From: Neodothiora populina
Lineage: Eukaryota
Direction: 5' to 3'
DNA: 64,000 bases
NCBI RefSeq assembly: GCF_041146345.1
Contig: NW_027191417.1
Coordinates: 1,860,001-1,924,000, forward strand
The position numbers and the translations under genes were made by a program. The notes below the pieces were generated by a model. That model did not search any database and had not been told where the DNA came from. It saw only the letters and a program-made list of their open reading frames with translations. How positions within the stretch are numbered: the first letter of the stretch is position 1; each line of letters starts with the position of its first letter. Shown here in pieces: positions 50,574-62,642 of this stretch.

Positions 50574-52059
50574 TCAGAGCTTTGGTTGTGGTTTAATGAC
50601 ATCCTCGACTGAAGTTAGGATCTTGTTCACGCTGCTGTCAAGACGTGCCTGTGTTGTCTTATACAGTCTTGGAATGCCGGTCTCCCCGAAGGAAGTATCA
50701 TTCACAAGCATTGCGGCCACCCCCTTGGCAGACAAGAAGATCTCTGGCATTCCGTGGCCAGTGAAGCCAGCTAGAATGAATTGACCCGATTTTCCTGGTA
50801 CTTTGCCTATATGTGGTAGCGAGTCGGACGAATATCCCATGACTATGCTTATGCGTTAGCATGGACTCGTGTTACTTTGAGTGTACAAGGAGAAAACTTA
50901 CTTCCCGTCCAGACTTGGTTGGTCTTTGCTCCACTGTTCTCCCATCCTCTGAAGTTCCTCTGCATGTAGCCATCGAAGTACGACTTTGCAGATTCGATGA
51001 CTTTACTGTCATCTGCGTTATTGTACCAGGAGTCTAGGTTCTCCAGGTACGCAGTCCGCGCGCCACCGACTACAATACTACCGTCTGCTCTGGGAATGAG
51101 ATAGTCGTACATGACAGGGCCCCACCTTAGCGTATACGTAAATGAAAGTAACGGAGCCGGATCAGGCACAACGATTCTGCTGCAGATTCCTCGCACTGGG
51201 ACAATTTTGTTTTTGTACTGTGGTAGAATCGACGAAGTATAGGCGTTGGTGGCGAAGACGATGTTTTTCGCCCTCACTGTGCCTCGGGGTGTTTGAACTA
51301 CCCAACGACCACTTTCATCTTGCTGTTCTGAAACAGCGCTTACTGGAGTGTGAGTCTGCAGGTTCACTCCTCGGGCTAGAACGCGTGCAAGGATCCCCGT
51401 TATCAACTTGTATGGCCAGAGATGACCAGCTGGATAGCTGAAGCAACCCTTTGCCCCTTTGACTCCGGATAACTGCTATAGTGTTAGCACGCCCATGATG
51501 CCTGTTGGTTGCGCCAACTTACGCCCTCGGCTGTAGATTCCGATGCATAGAACACATTCTTGGTAGCTTCCACACCAGCATGGAGCAGCTTTTCGTATCC
51601 AGCCTTCAATCTTTCGCGATGTGCACTACTCAACTGTACGTCGATAGCTCTAGTAACGACAAAGTCACAGTCAATCTCCTCTTTCTCAATGAAAGCTTTC
51701 AGCGCCGGCACATGGCTGGCCTCGAAATTTGCCACCTCAGCAGCCGCTTCGTAGCCATACTCTGCCGCGATAGAGGCGACATGGTTGTAAGGATCCGGTT
51801 TCAGATGGCCTCCATTTCTTCCAGTTGCCCCGGAGCATGCTTGTCGTGCTTCCAAGATCAAGACCGACGGTGGCGTCTGGTTTGTACTCTGGTCTAGAAT
51901 GTGGAAAGCGGTCGAAGCTCCCGCATAGCCGGCACCAATAATCACCACATCAATCTCCGCAGGTAGATCCGGTGTTGAACGATAGTCATCTAGAGCATGC
52001 GGATTGCCCCGCCAGAACGACACCATACCATCTGGATGCGGCGAAGAAGTAGACACCAT
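50574..52059 (-). CDS. FAD-dependent oxidoreductase, DAO family (PuuB/OrdL-like), 3 exons
   Basis: DVVIIGAGYAG, LEARQACSGATGRNGGH, VFATNAY, WTGIMGYS and AGFTGHGM. Introns 51522-~51476 and 50901-50843. Confidence 0.92.
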
Positions 52060-52240
52060 TGTGACGGATAACTATGCTAATTATTGGGCAGGTGTGACCT
52101 ACGTAATTATACGTTCTTCGCGTTTTCAAAATGCTGTCATATATATGGAATCATTTGCTCTTGCACCTGCTACACTTAGCCGATTCACGTGTGGTTGGAC
52201 GTTACCCAGACCTATCAGGCTGTCTTTGAAGATAGGCCGC

Positions 52241-52254
52241 CACCCGGCCCGGTG
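52241..52254. promoter_or_regulatory. CCGG-N-CCGG Zn2Cys6-type binding motif upstream of the FAD oxidoreductase
   Basis: CACCCGGCCCGGTG, about 185 bp upstream of the ATG; near-identical to two motifs in the neighbouring divergent promoter. Confidence 0.6.
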
Positions 52255-52678
52255 GCTCACATCTCGTACCCCACCTTGTCCGCATAAAGTGTCAACCATC
52301 ATCCCTGAGGGCGAGATACAAGTGTTGCTAGATATCCACATCAAAACGAAGATATAGATAGGTGCATCTCGATATAGGTTCGTGAACGTGATCTGTAGTA
52401 CTGATCGCTACCTATCCTTGCTGCTTAAGAACGTACTGTGACGATCTTGCTTGATGCGACAACTACCTTAGGACAAGAATAAGTTGTTGACCTACGGTGT
52501 GCACTCTTCGTAGGCCCTATATTTTAAATTCCTGGGGTGAACCACAAAACAGCTTCTAAGTCTGATAGCCATGATAGACAAAGTGAGTTTGGTTTATTTC
52601 AGAATTATATGAACGACCCTACTACCTAGTGCCTTGATAAATGCCTTATCATATTCTCAATGCCAAGAGCGGGGTTTA

Positions 52679-53475
52679 TCATGAAGTCGAGCTTGCCGCC
52701 ACAACCTTATCGGCCATCTCGGGCAACGTAACTCCAGTCACATCCATTTCTCCAAACAAATTTGTCAAGGGTTCTTGCTCCCAGATGGTACAGTATGCCG
52801 ATTTGAAGCTGAGATCTGTCAGTAAGTCCATTTCTTGTGCTCACGGCATTGAAGGTAGGTCGTGGCGACTCACCCGACTCTTGAGGCAGCCGATACATCC
52901 CATTGATGGCCAGCAGCGAACCAAACCTGATCGCTGCTTTGCTTGAGTTTGTTGAATAATGGGACATACGCGTCCAATGTTGGTTTTCCCACTCCTTCTG
53001 TGTCACAAGACAACAAGTTCTCGGAAGGTAGTTCGATTCCAGCTTGTGCAAAGTACCCAGACACCCTCTTGATGTCTGCGGCAGTGAAAGCCCACACTGT
53101 GAAGCCACCATCTCTCAATTTCTGCACGCATTCAGCAGCCCCGGGTCTCATCTCAAGCTGTTGATACTCGGTCATGATGAACGCAAGATCGTCAGCAGTG
53201 GCGAACTCTCGAGGCTTGCTGATACCGGCCATCCAGAGCATTCGATACCAGATAGCTTCAAAGACCTCTGCAAACGGCTTATAGACACCCGAAAGACTGA
53301 GATATGTGTATTCTCTCTCGGCAACCTCAATCCATGTGTAGCCAAGCAAGCTCGGCTTGATACATTCTGCTCGCAGTCGATCGCCGAGTCGCGTATCGAT
53401 AGCATTGAACAATCTGTCGTAGCTGACAAGGGTGCCAACAATATCGAAAACAACGTGCTTTTGTGTTGGGGACAT
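52679..53475 (-). CDS. HAD hydrolase, 2-haloacid dehalogenase (type II)-like, 2 exons
   Basis: VVFDIVGTL motif I, GVGKP, WFAAGHQWDVSAASRVG. Intron 52873-52809; exon 2 FKSAYCTIWE...ASSTS*. Confidence 0.88.
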
Positions 53476-53498
53476 ATTGCAATCTTGTAAAAATATAT

Positions 53499-53836
53499 TG
53501 ATAAAATCTGACTATCAGGATTGGAAGATAGCTGCAACTTTCACAAGACACAGTTATATCTATACTAAATGTCTCCCTAAAGTACCCCATCATTGCAAGG
53601 TATCGAAGTAGGCCTCGAGCTATCATAAGGTAGGTCCTGCCCTATCACCAAGCTAGCCCGGGCCGGTGAGCCGCGCCTTAGATGCCGGCCATTCTTTTAG
53701 CATTGACACCAGGAACCCATTACTATCAGAGCACCCGGGCCGGTGCATCTTTTCCCAATACTGGCCAGGATGATTATGCTGCGTTATACAGTACATGCAT
53801 TCATAGCCAAGTGGAAGTTACTGATAGCACTGATAG
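53499..53836. promoter_or_regulatory. Divergent promoter with two CCGG-G-CCGG motifs and multiple HGATAR (GATA-factor) sites
   Basis: CCCGGGCCGGTG at 53657-53668 and 53734-53745. TGATAA at 53499; CTATCA at 53512, 53620, 53642 and 53723; TGATAG at 53822 and 53831. Confidence 0.65.
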
Positions 53837-53973
53837 TGTGCTGCCATTATGATTGATCAGAGCCAGCATTTAGAGGCGCTGTTCAGCACCTTCCTGTCTC
53901 TTGATCTCAGTCCTCCATCTTCGTCAATTTTCCCAGCTCAAGATCATCACAAGGAAAGGAAGTACAACGCAGG

Positions 53974-56067
53974 ATGGATTCGAAATATGCCTTCGACAGC
54001 ACCACAAAGAGTCAACCAGAAGAAGTAGTAGACTGCGAGAATGGTACCACAGCTGATCTTTCCAACCTGGTGGATCAGGCTGGATATCATAGGGCTCTGG
54101 GAAAACGCCAGATCATGTATATGACATTCGGCGCTGGGTGAGTGTTACCAGAGATGCGTGAGTCGCCAACCACGATACTTACTTGCATCTCCAGTATCGG
54201 TACAGGGCTCTGGGTGGGAACCGGAACAGCACTGAAATATGGTATACATCAGGTTCATCACGTTAATGTAGCCTTTCACTGACTTGTTGTATAGCGGGAC
54301 CAGGGTATGGTTGTCTTAGCAAGAGCAGTCCTTGCATTGAGCCGTTCTGACCCTTGATGTAGTGGCATTGCTGTTGCATACAGTATCGTTGCGTACGTAT
54401 GATTTATATGCTACTCAACGCGATACTGACTCCAGTAGGATCATCGTTTACGTCCAGTACATGTCTATCGGTGAGATGACCGCATATAAACCAGTCCACG
54501 GAGGATTTATCCGCCAATGTGCGGAGTACGTCGATCCTGCTTTTGGATTCGCTGAGGGAGTCAACTTCTGGTTTGCTGTACGATCCCCAAAGTTGTCTTG
54601 ATTGGATAGGGACAGGTGCTGACTACGATATAGTGGACGATGATTATCCCAGCTGAAATCACAGCCGCTATATCGGTCCTCAAGTTCTGGCCAGAAACCG
54701 AGGTCGTTCCCATGGCAGCTTATATCACCATTTTCTTGTTCGTTCTCGTCGTTGCCAATCTCTTCCCCGTCAGAATATACGGGCATATTGAGCTGTGGCT
54801 ATCCTTTATCAAATGCTTAGCCATTATTCTTGTCATATTCTTCATGTTCATCATGACCTCTGGTGGCATTCCTGCTACCCATGGCCCCATCGAGTTTACC
54901 TACTGGAAGTACCCAGGCGCCTTCAAGAATGGAATTAAGGGTATTGCGAAAGCATTTGTTCAGGCCGCGTTCAGTTTCGGCGGTGGTAAGTCAATATTCT
55001 TAGTTGTGAGTTGACTCTGGGCTAATATCTCAATCAGCCGAGCACATTGCCACCATCGCAGGAGAAGCCAAGGACCCAAGAAGAACGATCAAAAAGACGG
55101 TCAAGCCAGTCTTCTGGCGTATGCTTCTCTTCTTCGTTGTCAACATATGGCTTGTTGGCATGTGCGTACCTGCCAATGACCCGGATCTTATCAACAATTC
55201 TGGCACACTTGGTAGCCCTTTTGTTATCGCCATCAAAAGAGCCAATGTGATGGGGTTGGCTCATGCCATCAATGGCTTCATTTTCCTCACTGTGATAAGC
55301 TGTGGCATCACAAGTGTTTATGTCGCCAGTCGCAGTCTGACTGCTCTTTCTGACATCAAGTTGATCCATCCGATATTTGGCCGCAAAGACAAAGCAGGTA
55401 GACCTTGGGTTGCACTCACGATAAGCGCTTCTATTGGAGGCGGACTCTGCTATCTCAACTGTGACTCAACTGGTACGGAGGTGTACGGTTGGTTCACAGC
55501 ATTGGTGAGTTTACCTACCGATAAGGTACACGCGACATTACTGACACCAAGTAGACTGCTATTGCAGGGCTCTGTCAATGGACGACCATTTACATCTCCC
55601 ACATACGATTCCGTCAGGGTCTCAAGGCCCAGGGAGTGTTACACAAAACCCTGCCGTTCATCTCGCATGGTGCACCATACCTTCAATACCTGGGATTAGT
55701 GATTCTGTTATTCATCTTCGGCTGCGAGTTTTACCTCTCCGTGTGGCCGCTAGGAGGAAAGCCCTCCGCCACGAGCTTTTTCTCCTCTTACCTAGCGGTG
55801 CCCCTATTTATTGTGGACTATATTGGTTACAAGGTGAGCTCATCATTGTACGATGATATTGGTATGACCATATACTGACTGTTGCTCTCTTAGCTATGGT
55901 ACCGCACCAAGATCGTCAAGCCTTCCGAGATGAATTTCAAGGATGCACTTGTCTTCGACGAGGAAGACCGCATACGGGCAGAGATCGAGAAGGCCGAGAA
56001 AGAGAACGGGGAGCCTGCAGGCAAAGCCGATGTCTGGGCCAAGGTCAAGGACATCGTCATTGGCTAA
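53974..56067 (+). CDS. Amino-acid permease, YAT/APC family (possibly proline-type), 9 exons
   Basis: Reconstructed LGKRQIMYMTFGAGIGTGLWVGTG, GEMT, YVDPAFGFA, AAFSFGG, AGEAKDPR and SPFVIA. Introns 54138-54194, 54242-54294, 54305-54362, 54393-54438, 54578-54633, 54986-55037, 55505-55554 and 55834-55893. Substrate is inference. Confidence 0.9.
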
Positions 56068-56545
56068 AGCCAAGTCACCACGTTACGGGAATTTGGACTA
56101 TGGAATGACATGATGATTAAATTACGTCTAGAGGCATTTCGCGTTTCTGTAGTATTTCTGCGGCTGTGAGTGATACATCGCATCCATTCTTTATTATATG
56201 TCATTTGTGATCTTTGGGAGCACTTATGGTAGACAAATCTGAATCTACCACTTGTGCAGACAACAGTCAGAGCACCAGATAACGAAACCTAGCATTTCCG
56301 AAAGTCAAGAGATATGCCAATACGTAAAGATACCTGTGCAAGAACAGCCTTATCGGGCACTGATGGTTGAGTGATGAAGACCAGGTATACTGTACCCTGA
56401 TGCATACGTTTGCACAACAGATATGCAGACGAGGCCTATCGCGATAGGCGAACCCCACACTCTCCCCCACCATAAGACTTCGAGCTCTGCTCCCCCTTAA
56501 TGCATAGATGACCTTGACGTATCTTACTACTTTAAATAAGAAGCG

Positions 56546-59049
56546 ATGGAAGAAGTCAAGTGTTCGTCGATGGAATCGGGTAAATCCCTTGGAGACACCA
56601 GCAGCGATCAACAGCTCAGACGTCGAAAACGATCGCGAGCAAGAGTACCAGAATCGGACCGCCAGAGGGCCACCCGCGCGTAAGGGTTTGCATCCTCACC
56701 TCGAGGGTATGACTAACAGCGGAAAGGTGTGATAATTGTCGTGCCGTCAAAGAAAGATGTCGTGGTGGTTCACCATGTCAGAGATGTTCTCGCCTGCAAC
56801 GGAGCTGCACTTATAGTGCCGCATCGAGCCTCTCAACGTCTAAAGACCGAGGTATCGGGAACGGGTAAGATATCCGATTTTATGGCTCGACGCTCATCAT
56901 TATTGAGATTAGCGATTAGTGAATCTAGATCTTCCCCACGAAATAATGTCGTGGATATCAGGTCCTCATACATGGAGCATATCATCTCTCATTTCCTTGG
57001 CCGTGTGCCAATGGATGTACCTAGCCTACGGCGCATCTCGGAGAAGCTAGAAGATCCTAGAGAAACTGTAGGTCAAGACCCGATCGACAATCTTGATATC
57101 TCGGAGGAGAGATTCACAGTCAAAAAGCTGTCTAGCAGTACCGCACGTGGGTGGTTTCGAGCCAAAGGTATCGTGATCATGGTGCCAAAGCTAATAGTAC
57201 GTTAGACTACTCTGGAGAGTTCTCACACTGGAACTTTTCTCAACGAGTGCAGCAAAGAATTGACCAGCGATCTACTTGCGATGATGCTGAGATGCCTATG
57301 AAGCCTCGTCTTGAATTGAAAAGGGCACTTACAAGTCGTGGCTATTGGAGAGCTTCCCAATTGCACCTGCCGGGTCCAACAGCCCAGAATGCGCTTGCCT
57401 GCTTGCCACCCCGACCGATCGCTGAATTCCTCATTCGGATTTTCTTACGTGTCGGACAAAGCAACCACTTCTTCGCTCAGGAAGAGTGGTTGTTCAGGAA
57501 GATGCACGACTTCTATGACAAGACTTTTGTAGTATCTAAAGATGACACACCCACGCTCTGTACTTTCCTGATGGTTCTGGCGATTGGCACACAATTCGCA
57601 CATCTCGACCAAGCCACTCCTAAAGATTCAGGAATGACAAAACAACAAGACCGCACGGCTGAGGAATCGCCCCAGGGGGGCATAGGTGTATGCTTTTACC
57701 ATGAAGCATGTAAACTCATCCCTGATATTACAATAATTGCCTCTGTGGAGAGTGCTCAAGCATTTCTCTTACTCGCCGCATACACATTACCTCTTGATGC
57801 GCAAGGTCTTGGGTACACCTATCTCGGGCTCTCTGTCAAGATGTGTGTGCAGAACGGTATGCACAGGAAGCTATCAGGATCTGATCTGGATGCGAAGTCC
57901 ACGGAGTTGCAAAGACGACTGTGGTGGTCAGCCTATGCATTAGACAAGTAAGTGATCCATCGCGCTTTTGAGACATACAAAAATATCTGACTTCAATATA
58001 GACGTATCAGCATCTTGCATGGGCGACCTGCAACTGTGCTTCAAAGTGATGTAGACGCAGAGTTTCCTGTCGACGTTCCAGAATTCCAGACATGCTTCGG
58101 CCCGAATAAGTATCAAAATTTGTCAGCAATAATACAGCTGACCAATTATCTGGAGGATATCTCTCATGCCATGTAAGTCAGACGTCTTCAAACGCCTTCC
58201 TATGAGCACAGCACCATCTCACAGTCTCACAGAAACTTGTTACGGCGGTGTCCTAAAACACTCCAGTCTGAGTATATCTCGAGGTTACTCGGACTGAAGG
58301 AAAAGATGGGACGCTGGTGGCAGAGCCTTCCAGAGGAAGTCGTTTACAACAAATTCACCCCCACGCACCCTCTCTTTCGACCTAACGTTCATCTTATGAT
58401 GAGTTACCACCTGAATCAGATTTATATGGGTCGACCTTTCTTGTTCCACAGACAACGTACCATTGCTTGCAATTCGATGCAAGCTGCTCGAACGTCTCGT
58501 CCTTGGGTATCGCTAGCCGAAGATTGTGTGAACGGTGCTCTCGCTATCGTAAAGCTTTGTGAATCGTTGCGCGGTAGCGTTGGACTAGCAGGGTCTTCGT
58601 ACACCGAATTCAGCTCCTGTCGAGCTGCTCTGCTAGCAATTATCGCTGAGGCGCTCAATGAACAATCTTGCGAACTCCAAGATACTCTGACGAACGGAAT
58701 GGATATGATAAAAGAGATGATGGTGGGCAATGACAGTGCGAAAGCCGAGGTAGCCGTGCTAGAGGCTTTAGCGATCGCTGCAAAACCCCTAAACAGCGCT
58801 GAGGGTACTACACCGGGCGATCACATGGATCAGGTGATCGAGCCCAATTACAGCTCCTTCAGAACTTGGGCAACATCATTAAAGAAATCTGCTTCAGAGG
58901 GGCCTACCCAGAAAGCAGGAAGTGAGACAGATTCTGGATTGCCGACGGTAGATCCCACGTTGAGTCTCATGGATCTCGGGTTGAACGAGATATTGTCCTC
59001 TTCACCAATTGAATTCGGAGGCCTTGACATGTTCCCATCTCTATGGTAA
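56546..59049 (+). CDS. Zn(II)2Cys6 transcription factor with fungal-specific middle homology domain
   Basis: Splicing 56680-56726 gives ACDNCRAVKERCRGGSPCQRCSRLQRSC. Later HYSGEFSHWNFS, QNGMHR, RRLWWSAYALDKRISILHGRP. At least 5 introns; intron 2 boundaries are ambiguous. Confidence 0.88.
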
Positions 59050-60529
59050 CACTAGCTATAATACCGAGAGATGAAGTGGCCACGATGCGACGCTCGTCGC
59101 GATGAGCCAGCGGTCGACGCTGCACGACCACAATCGAACCGCAGGCGGCTCGTTCTTCGGATGTCTGATGATACTGAACTATCCGGATGTTCTTTCTAGC
59201 TTAATCTTGATCGAGACCAAATTTAAATACTGAGAGCTCGTACAAGAAGAGACACATTGCTTCTGTCCGACGTTACAACCAATGACCAAAAAAGTTACAT
59301 TGCAGATAAGTTGTGATTTTGCGAGATACCCCAATCCAAGACAGTTATATGAGCTTATAGGAGCATTTCGATGAGAAGGCTTCAACCATGAAAGCGGTTG
59401 AGGGCTAGCCAGGCTGCATGATTCAAACGAGGACACCTATTTTGCCTACATTGGGCGTTGGTTGTTTTGGAGTTTGCGTGTTTCATTCTTCGAAAAGTGG
59501 AAGATGTAGACTCGCATGTAAATAATGCCTACCTGTTTGCAAAATAATTGCTTCACGTTTCTAATTCGCCATGCCTTATCACGCTGTGGGTACGTCTGTC
59601 AACATCCGTGAAGTGGTGGCATACATGATAAATTTGGATGCCCACCATTGTCGTCGAGAGTGGGGGCGTGTCCTCCACGGTAGGAGACCTGTCGATCGAC
59701 AGTCGGGTGGCTGTGTGGCGTGCTTAGTAGTGGGGAAGCTTGGTCTAGTGCAACTTGGCGAAGTATCCGATATGCTGTTCTCTCTCTTTGAACCTTCGTT
59801 CTAGAAGAAATGATAATCACTAATCGAGTGACATGTGCAAGATTCGCTAAGTCTACTGAGTTTGACGGTCTTTCAATACCACTTGCCTCACTTCAAGAAA
59901 ACTCGAAAACGATGAGGTTTCTACAAAACAAGTTCCACATTTCTGCCTTGGTCGATTGTATGTGAACACGGCTTCCAGCTATGTTGAGATGAGATGTGTG
60001 GTTTCGATCAGGATAGGTTGATTGAGCCAAGTCATGTTGCTGTCACTGCACCTTTGTTTAAATTGTGTTCCACTCTGCCCTCATGCAGTGTATACGTAGG
60101 TGTTTTGTTCTGGCAAGTGATGGACTAAAGGTTCGATCTCGGCATGCGATGGGGATGAACTAGACTTAACAGGTGATTCTCAGGTCCCCTGGTCATCACT
60201 AAAAGAAGTATTGTCTACACCAAATGTTATCGTGGCTGAATAGATTCTTGCCTATCACGGTGGCGGGACATCTTATCCGGATGCCCCCAATCATCCCCAC
60301 TCTTGGCGTGATTCCGTCCGAATTCCATAGGATATAGTCTCAAGACATGAGAACTAATGCCCAGTGTCAATCAATTAATTATCGACTTGTCTGACTGTCA
60401 GCGACTTGATAGCTACTTCAGGGCATACTGTAGAGGCCTGGCTAGACGCGAGATATCAAATATACAAGTTGAACTTCTCGCCTGCCATTATATCGATCCC
60501 TCAGTCGCAAAGAAAATCAACGATCAATC

Positions 60530-61874
60530 ATGTGGCGATTATTCTCCCGTGGCTCGCAAGAAGAGCAGGCTAAGGAGGAGGCACCCCGAAGTCTGCCTGC
60601 GTCATGGTACCGCTCACCTGAGATGTATCAACTCGAACGCCGTGCCATCTTCTCTAAGAATTGGCTAATTCTCACACACTCTCTGAGATTCCGTCAGGCG
60701 GGTGATTACATGTCGTTCTCCCAGGCAAACATATCTTTCTTTTTGGTCCGAGATCGCGATGGCAAGATCAATGGATTCCACAATGTGTGTCGCCACCGCG
60801 CCTACCCTGTTGTCCAAGCACAATCTGGCAATTCCAGCATTCTCAGCTGCAAGTACCACGGCTGGTCATATGGCCTCAAAGGCAATTTGTCCAAAGCTCC
60901 AAGATTCGAAACAGTTAAGGATTTCGACAAGAGCCAACAGAGTCTACTTCCCATCCATGTTCATGTCGATAAGGCGGGCTTCATCTGGGTGAACCTGCAA
61001 GCCGGCGAGCCAGAAATCAAATGGGAGGACAGATTTCGAGGGGTTGATGAACAACCAAATTTTGCACAATTCGATATAGGCGAAGAATTCACCTTCGATC
61101 ACTACTGGGAGATGGACGTGAATGCGAATTGGAAAGCATTGATCGACAATTACAATGAATGCTACCATTGCGCTACGTCACATCCTCTCATTGCTGGAGT
61201 TTCCGATCTCACCAAATACCGAGTCGAGCCAAAGGACGGACACATGCAACATCATATCTTCAACAAAAATGCGACAGATGCCCAATTTCGTCGTGCTATC
61301 ACATTCTTCTACCCGACAACGTCGGTGACCATCACGTAAGTTTGTACTCGATGTCATACGGCTTGCAGAAGGATGGGGATTGACTCTCTCGACAGCGACA
61401 ATTTTTTCTATATTCAAAGGATGCTACCTGTCACTGCAACGACAAGTAAAATCGAATATGAGGTCTATCGCCACAAAAATGCCACTGATGAGGAATTTGC
61501 AAATATCAATGCATTCTACAAGCAGGTCTTGGAGGAAGACAAGGATCTTTGCACAGCCGCGCAAGAGAACCTCAACTCTGGTGTCTTCGTCAATGGCGAG
61601 CTCCACCCAGATAAAGAATCGGTAAATCGCTCTATGCTGCGATGTCCTGTGCTCTCACTGATTTTAGCAATAGGGACCTATATATTTCCAGAACTCTGTG
61701 AGATCTGCGGTGATGGAACATCGGAAGATGGAAGAACAGTTGGGCGGTCAACAGATCTGGCCGGCGTTACCAAAACCGGCAAACGGCGACACGTCAAAGA
61801 CGAGCGAGGAGGAAATGTTCTGCTCCAAGCTCGAGGCGTCGAGCTGTATGAGCAAGCCGGAGCTGGCATGGTAA
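60530..61874 (+). CDS. Rieske non-heme iron oxygenase alpha subunit (carnitine/choline/betaine monooxygenase-like), 3 exons
   Basis: Rieske ligands CRHRA...CKYHGW; mononuclear Fe site [20 protein letters not shown] and EEDKDLC. Introns ~61336-61395 and 61622-61673; ends ...SKPELAW*. Confidence 0.92.
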
Positions 61875-62189
61875 ACCTTTTGCATCTATCGGGGTCTTGT
61901 CTCCAACAGGACATCATTACACAAGATTGGAAAAATGATCAGCTTGTGTCCAGCATTTACTTAGCATATGATGGGTGAGAATGTAAGCTTCACGAAGCGG
62001 CATGATATCTGTTAGAAATTACATAGTGCACATGTATCTAAAAGCACTTCTACAGTGATGATGGAGTCTACGGAGCGATGAATGCATGTATGTGGTCAAA
62101 GTCACCCAGTCTTACAGAACTTCGATTGGGTAAAACTACTGAAAGGCCCGCAAGTAGATTTGGATACTGTCATAAGTCTAACCCCTGAC

Positions 62190-62642
62190 CTAAAGAGGCT
62201 TCATACTCGAGAAACAGTACCGCGCGATCTTCCACTTATCATCGACCTTTTGGCAAATGAAGATTTCCTGGTTGTGATGCTTTTCCTGGGTATCTTTCTT
62301 GAGCCAGAATTTAGTTCCCTCTGCTGTCGTCCTGGCAAAAGCCCAGGATTCATCCATGATGACGATCTCGTCGATAGTGAAATCGATCTCCAGCTTGATG
62401 GTTGAGAAGATTCGCTCATAAGATGACTTCAGAGCTTCTTGGCCGACTGCCGGCTGGTAGTTTGGAGCCATGAGGACACCATCAGTGGTATAAAGAGAGA
62501 GGACTTCTCGAATCGAACGAGATGCTAGTACACTGCCATAAGAGTGCAGAAGCTCTGTGATTTGCGATTGGTCGGACACTGGACAAGTCAACATATGTAT
62601 AAGCCAAGGATAATCCGTAGACTATATCGAACAAAACGTACT
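62190..62642 (-). CDS. SnoaL/NTF2-like (DUF4440-type) protein
   Basis: LYTTDGVLMAP, WAFART and DKWKIARY are typical of NTF2-like small proteins. The start codon is apparently split by intron 62641-62579 (A|TG), giving MSDQSQITELL. Confidence 0.82.

Noticed and set aside
59085..59175. Cluster of short hairpins plus CTGATGA after the Zn2Cys6 stop codon, as a possible hammerhead ribozyme
   Set aside because: Stems are only 5-8 bp and the GAAA core element and three-way junction are missing.
60130..60145. GGTTCGATC T-loop-like word
   Set aside because: No cloverleaf stems or A-box nearby; not a tRNA.
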